A stretch of DNA of 64,000 bases. Source: the human T2T-CHM13v2.0 reference genome, Homo sapiens. The translations under genes were made by a program, and so were the position numbers. The notes beneath the pieces are model-generated. The model searched no databases. It saw nothing but the letters and a program-made list of their open reading frames with translations, and was not told the origin of the DNA. Below, one piece after another: positions 59,765 to 64,000 of the stretch. Position 1 is the first letter of the stretch; every line of letters begins with the position of its first letter. The DNA lies in NCBI RefSeq assembly GCF_009914755.1, contig NC_060927.1; one strand, written 5' to 3'.

Positions 59765-59920
59765 AGCAGTGGTTGGACAAGCAACAGCAGCATCAGCAGG
59801 AAACTTGTCAGAAAAACAAATTCTGAAGCTCCACATTTAAAGGTGGGACCCAGCAATCTGTGTGGTAACAAGCCCTTCAGGTGATTTTGATTAACAGTAA
59901 ACTTTGAGAACTACTAGTTT
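59765..59920. mobile_element. MER5-like hAT relic
   Basis: CCCAGCAATCTGTG...AACAAGCCCT.CAGGTGATT...TTTGAGAAC motif. Confidence 0.65.
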
Positions 59921-61998
59921 AGAGGGAGGAAAATTTCACTGTGGGCTGCAGTTTCAGTGAGGGGGGACAACTTGAACAGAAGCCTTAAATTGAGAGGTTG
60001 AGAAGGTGAGAAAGGAGAGGACTTGCTACCTGTGAGAGACTCCCCACCCTCCTTAAATCATGTACAATATCCTAGTAACGTTTCCTTCTCAACATCTCCT
60101 GGATCTCTCCTTGCCATTGCCTTCAGAGCCTCGTGTTTCATCCATTCTTAACTTTCTTCCCTGTGTCCATTTCCACATCCTTCCAACCCACCCTGCTCAT
60201 TTGTGCAATAGTGATCTTTCTAAAGCACCCATCTGATCATGTTGTTCTCCTGGTAAAAAGTTTTCTATGGCTCCCTCTATCCACATTCTAAAGTCAAATG
60301 GTGTCAGGAACCAGGCTGGTAAGTTAAATATTTTAAGTGGCTTTGTTCAAGACAAAGAGGAGTAAGAGAGACTCCAGTGAAGGGAATGAGAGAGTTTACC
60401 ATGTCCTTTCTAGAGGAGTTTAGAATCAATAAAAGAATGTTGCACTCCAAATTATACCATGAAGGCTAGCATATGGTCTCTGAACTACGGGATTAAATCC
60501 AAAGTCCTCAGTATGATACCCCAGGCTTTTGTGATCTGGGCCCTGCCTTACTCTCATGCGTTTACTGTTGCTTTGTCCCACACTTCAAATTTGACATGGG
60601 CCACATATTTAGCTGTTTGTGGAAGATACCATGACACTTCATTTCTCCAGGCCTTTGTTCTCCTCCTGCCAGGATGCCCTTTCCCACCCAATTTACTAGA
60701 CAAACATTCATTTCCAAGATGCAGTTCAAGGATCATTTCTCTGAAGCCTTTTCTGACTTTACGAGGTAGCACAGACCTCATTGTCCCTTTTGTGTTATAA
60801 TAATTCCACTATAGCACCTGTTTCAACAGTTTGCACTTACTTGTTTCTATGGGTGTCTCCCTTTACTAGACCATAAACTTCTTGAAAGCAAGAGCCATAC
60901 CTCTACTCATTTTTGCATTCAAACTTCAAGCATTGATAGGAAGAAAATGAGTGGTTGTTGAAAATAGCAAAAGCACAGAGATGAGAAAAGTTAGGGTCAA
61001 TCAAGACATGTATAGTGAGAAAATCAGTTTGCTGGGTGGCAAGCTCATTTAATAGAGAATGGGAGCCATAATTGGAAAGATAGTTTTGAATCAGATTACA
61101 AAGAATTTAAGGCAAACCTAGGAAGTCTTAATAGGAGGGTAGGATAAGCAGAGCCCATTTGAAGATTTTGGTGCAAGAAGACACGATGGAATTGTAGCAG
61201 GAAATATGGTACCAAATATGTAAAGCCATTAAATATCATAAAATTTCCCACCCTTTTCCAGATCAAAGAAAAGGTGATAAGAGGTAGATACAAAAATGAT
61301 GGTCTTTTTATTTTTCTGAAAGATTTTGTCACCTCTTAGCCAAGACGATTTTGTGATATTACAAAAGAAATAGCACATTAAAACTGTATGTTTCATATGA
61401 GTTCAGCTTCAGAGAAAATATTGTAGGTATTTTCACACTATTATTTTAAAGACAGCAATGAAAAGAGATCAAGTTTAGGTACTTACTCATCAAGTGTTAC
61501 TTTATAACCACATGTGTTTGTTTTAATTCTTCAAGAAACTCTACTTTGTCACTGAATGAGGATCAACTAGAGGTGACTGGTTAGGCCTGGGACGAAGGTC
61601 AAACTGAGCTTTGCTGAATTATTTTAAACAAAATAGATTTCCAAACTCATTTAAATCCAGGACCAACCTGGAAAGCTAAGCTTGACTCACATTCTTCTGT
61701 AGGGGTAGGAAAGAATGCAGAGCACTCTACTTGGAAACAATGGCTTCAAGAGGCATTGCCCAGAAAAAACCATAAATATGACTAGAAGGTCCAGATGAAG
61801 ATTCTATGCTCAACCATTTTTCTAAAGAAGAGCAAGGACAAAACTCACGCCTGGGATAGCATGTGAAAAACAGATGTTCGATGAATACCATCTTGTCGAC
61901 TTCTTGCTTTTTTACATTTTCATGTTATATTTTCCCTTTATCGGTTTGCAGTCAGCTCTAAGCAAACAGTTAATGAATTTTTCACACTTAGAAACAAA

Positions 61999-62023
61999 TG
62001 TCTCCATTGTGACAATGGAGACA
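61999..62023. repeat. Perfect inverted repeat TGTCTCCATTGT-G-ACAATGGAGACA
   Basis: 12-bp arms, 1-nt spacer. Confidence 0.93.
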
Positions 62024-62055
62024 ATTTTTGAGCACTGTCTCAAATCTGGTGATAA

Positions 62056-62130
62056 TTTTTTTTTAAGTGAAAGGAAGTTTATTAGGAAAGTAAAGGAACA
62101 AAGAATGACTACTCCATAGGCAGAACAGCC
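62056..62130 (-). mobile_element. Tiny polyadenylated retrocopy of an ERV1 LTR (MER4/MER41/MER51-group) R-region
   Basis: Minus strand GGCTGTTCTGCCTATGGAGTAG...AATAAA...CACTT plus A9; flanking direct repeats CTGGTGA(T/C)AA(C)TTTT; TT/AAAA target. Confidence 0.7.
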
Positions 62131-62626
62131 TGGTGACAACTTTTAAAAAGTAAAAACTTTATTACAAAAACATTTGTTTATTGTAGAAAAGCTTTATTAA
62201 ATAAAGCTAAGCAAAAATAAGGAGGGAAAGATCACAATCAGTATACATCTTGCAGACCTTTAAAGAATTATTTTTGAAAAAACGGATATATACTGTTTTG
62301 TAACTATGTCTCCTAACAAATAGTCGCAACATCTCATTAATAAATATTCACCTGCAGAATTATTTTAAACGGCTGCATGGCATTTGGATGTACCACAAGA
62401 TACACAACAAATTTCCTGATGTTGGCCATTTTGGTTAATTCCACTTTACTCACAATTACTAATAACGTTGCGAGCTATAGCAATAACTTTGAAACTGCAG
62501 AGAATTTCCTTAATTCTTTCTTACAATTCCAGTAGAATACGATGGTGTCCCTTCTCCGACAAAAGGGAATATTTGGGCATTATCACTGCCAAAGAAAAAT
62601 GCCTTTTTGATGGGTGAAAATGCTAC

Positions 62627-62631
62627 CTCAT
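62627..62631 (-). CDS. NGLY1: Coding part of an alternative distal NGLY1 first exon (ATG AG|GTAGCA); gives Met-Arg-exon 2, 42 aa shorter than the main isoform
   Basis: ATG plus 2 nt followed by a GT donor, same phase (2) as canonical exon 1, at the edge of the OXSM CpG island; consistent with my recollection of a shorter annotated isoform. Confidence 0.75.
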
Positions 62632-62829
62632 CGCGTTATTGGCAGGTCCTCGATTATCGGCGAGTCACTGAGGTTCCGAGAGGGGCGTCTCTGCTCACGC
62701 AAACAGCTACCCAGCCGCCTCCCACGGTCTGACCTCAGCCAAGGTGACGCGGCTTAAAGTCAACCGGCGGAAAGAGAGTCGAACGGGACGCGTGCGTGGG
62801 AAAGCGCATGAGCGTACGTGCGAGCGCGC

Positions 62830-62913
62830 ATGAGCGTACGTGCGTGTGCGCGTGCGCTCGAGAGCGTCATCGCCCCCGACTGTGGAGAAGTGTCCGGGGT
62901 AGCCCCGTTACAG
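62830..62913 (+). other. OXSM: OXSM non-coding exon 1 (5' end approximate)
   Basis: Donor CAG|GTATCG at 62913/62914 in a CpG island, about 0.85 kb upstream of the coding exon. Confidence 0.7.
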
Positions 62914-63786
62914 GTATCGCTGGCTACCCTCCTCCTTCGCCCCTCCTTTCCTCCTTTACATTCAAATCAAGTCGGGGTTGAATTTCGAGAGGGGAGTCCG
63001 AGGACCTGGGGCCTGATTTCTTTTTCTCTCGCCATGCTTCTTCGGGCTGTGTACATGTGTGGTGGTGCCTGAGAGGCGATACAGGGAATGGCTACACTCT
63101 TTTACTCCCGCCCCTGGCCTTCGTAGTACCCTTGAAGTGATCCACTAGTCGTAACCCCTCCTTCCACCAATGATTCAATTGGAGAAGTTTAGAGGAGTGG
63201 AAAGACTTGTCCCCTTCCCCCATCGCAAGCTTGGTCACAGAGTGTATTGCCAACCCATGTATCCAGACGCTCAGTCTAGGGCTCTTGGCCCTGGGTAGCG
63301 TTTTGAAAAGGCTGGTTATCCTTAAGTACTGAAGATTGATAAAGCCCACTTACTTACTTAAAAGAATATGCCCTGAAATGTGTTTTCTGTGCCACTGACA
63401 CCAGAAATGCTATTTAGAAGAAGTTATCAGTAATCCTGACAAAGGATGCTTCCTGCAGCTCAAATCAGGCTGGAGGTGCCTTTATATTTTTCATTGAATT
63501 ACTGTTTTGGTGACTCGAATGAATCATCAATTCATTTATTTGTCTTCAAATGTCTGACGGCACTTAAGGTCTAAAAAAGAAGGTAAGTTTAAACAGATAG
63601 TTTGATGTTAAGGTATAAATTGAAAGTATGTAACATTTTCCCTGTGTTCATTAGCAGCTCATATCAAGCACCCAAAGGAACACCTTGGATGTTTTTCCTT
63701 AGGCCCTTAAGCTATTTAAAAGAATACCTCCTAGGTGTGTTGTGGTCTTTTACAGGAATGTGTTTCTGATCATCTGAATCTTAATC

Positions 63787-64000
63787 ATGTCCAACTGCCT
63801 GCAAAATTTCCTGAAAATTACAAGCACTCGTCTTCTATGTTCAAGATTATGCCAACAGTTAAGAAGTAAAAGGAAGTTTTTCGGAACTGTGCCAATATCC
63901 AGATTGCATAGGCGAGTTGTCATTACAGGCATTGGCTTAGTGACTCCTCTTGGTGTTGGAACTCACCTGGTTTGGGATCGTCTTATCGGAGGAGAGAGTG
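63787..64000 (+). CDS. OXSM: OXSM, mitochondrial 3-oxoacyl-ACP synthase, N-terminal part ([58 protein letters not shown]...), runs off the window
   Basis: Basic, acid-free presequence followed by the FabF/ketosynthase signature [15 protein letters not shown]; exon acceptor TTTTACAG| at 63755/63756. Confidence 0.96.
   Translation, partial: MSNCLQNFLKITSTRLLCSRLCQQLRSKRKFFGTVPISRLHRRVVITGIGLVTPLGVGTHLVWDRLIGGES

Larger units (their letters stand above)
62600..63130. promoter_or_regulatory. CpG island, bidirectional OXSM / distal NGLY1 promoter with NRF1 (nuclear respiratory factor 1)-type motifs
   Basis: CpG-rich; TGCGCGTGCGC at 62847-62857; two GCGCATGAGC; divergent splice donors at 62626 (-) and 62914 (+). 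Confidence 0.85.

Overview
This is primate, almost certainly human, genomic DNA covering the NGLY1/OXSM locus, identified from the exon translations. On the minus strand are coding exons 1-10 of NGLY1 (peptide:N-glycanase). All have GT-AG boundaries and splice in frame to 1611 nt (537 codons), including the PUB domain, the Zn-binding CxxC pairs, the Cys309/His336/Asp353 triad and the start of the PAW domain. The remaining exons lie beyond the left edge. On the plus strand at the right end are exon 1 and the start of the CDS of OXSM (mitochondrial 3-oxoacyl-ACP synthase). There are two CpG-island promoters. The distal one looks bidirectional and carries a tiny alternative NGLY1 first exon (ATG AG|GT). 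The introns hold processed pseudogenes of RPL32 and TAF9B, about 25 Alus, nested L1s, MaLR LTRs and DNA-transposon relics. I see no wholly new biological system. The best leads are: (1) a sense-oriented THE1 solo LTR with a DUX4-type site, ATG and splice donor in frame with NGLY1 exon 5; (2) a roughly 75-bp polyadenylated LTR-derived retrocopy beside the bidirectional promoter; (3) several splice and translation-level features. Exon coordinates were counted by hand. Repeat boundaries and subfamily names are approximate and recognised by eye.
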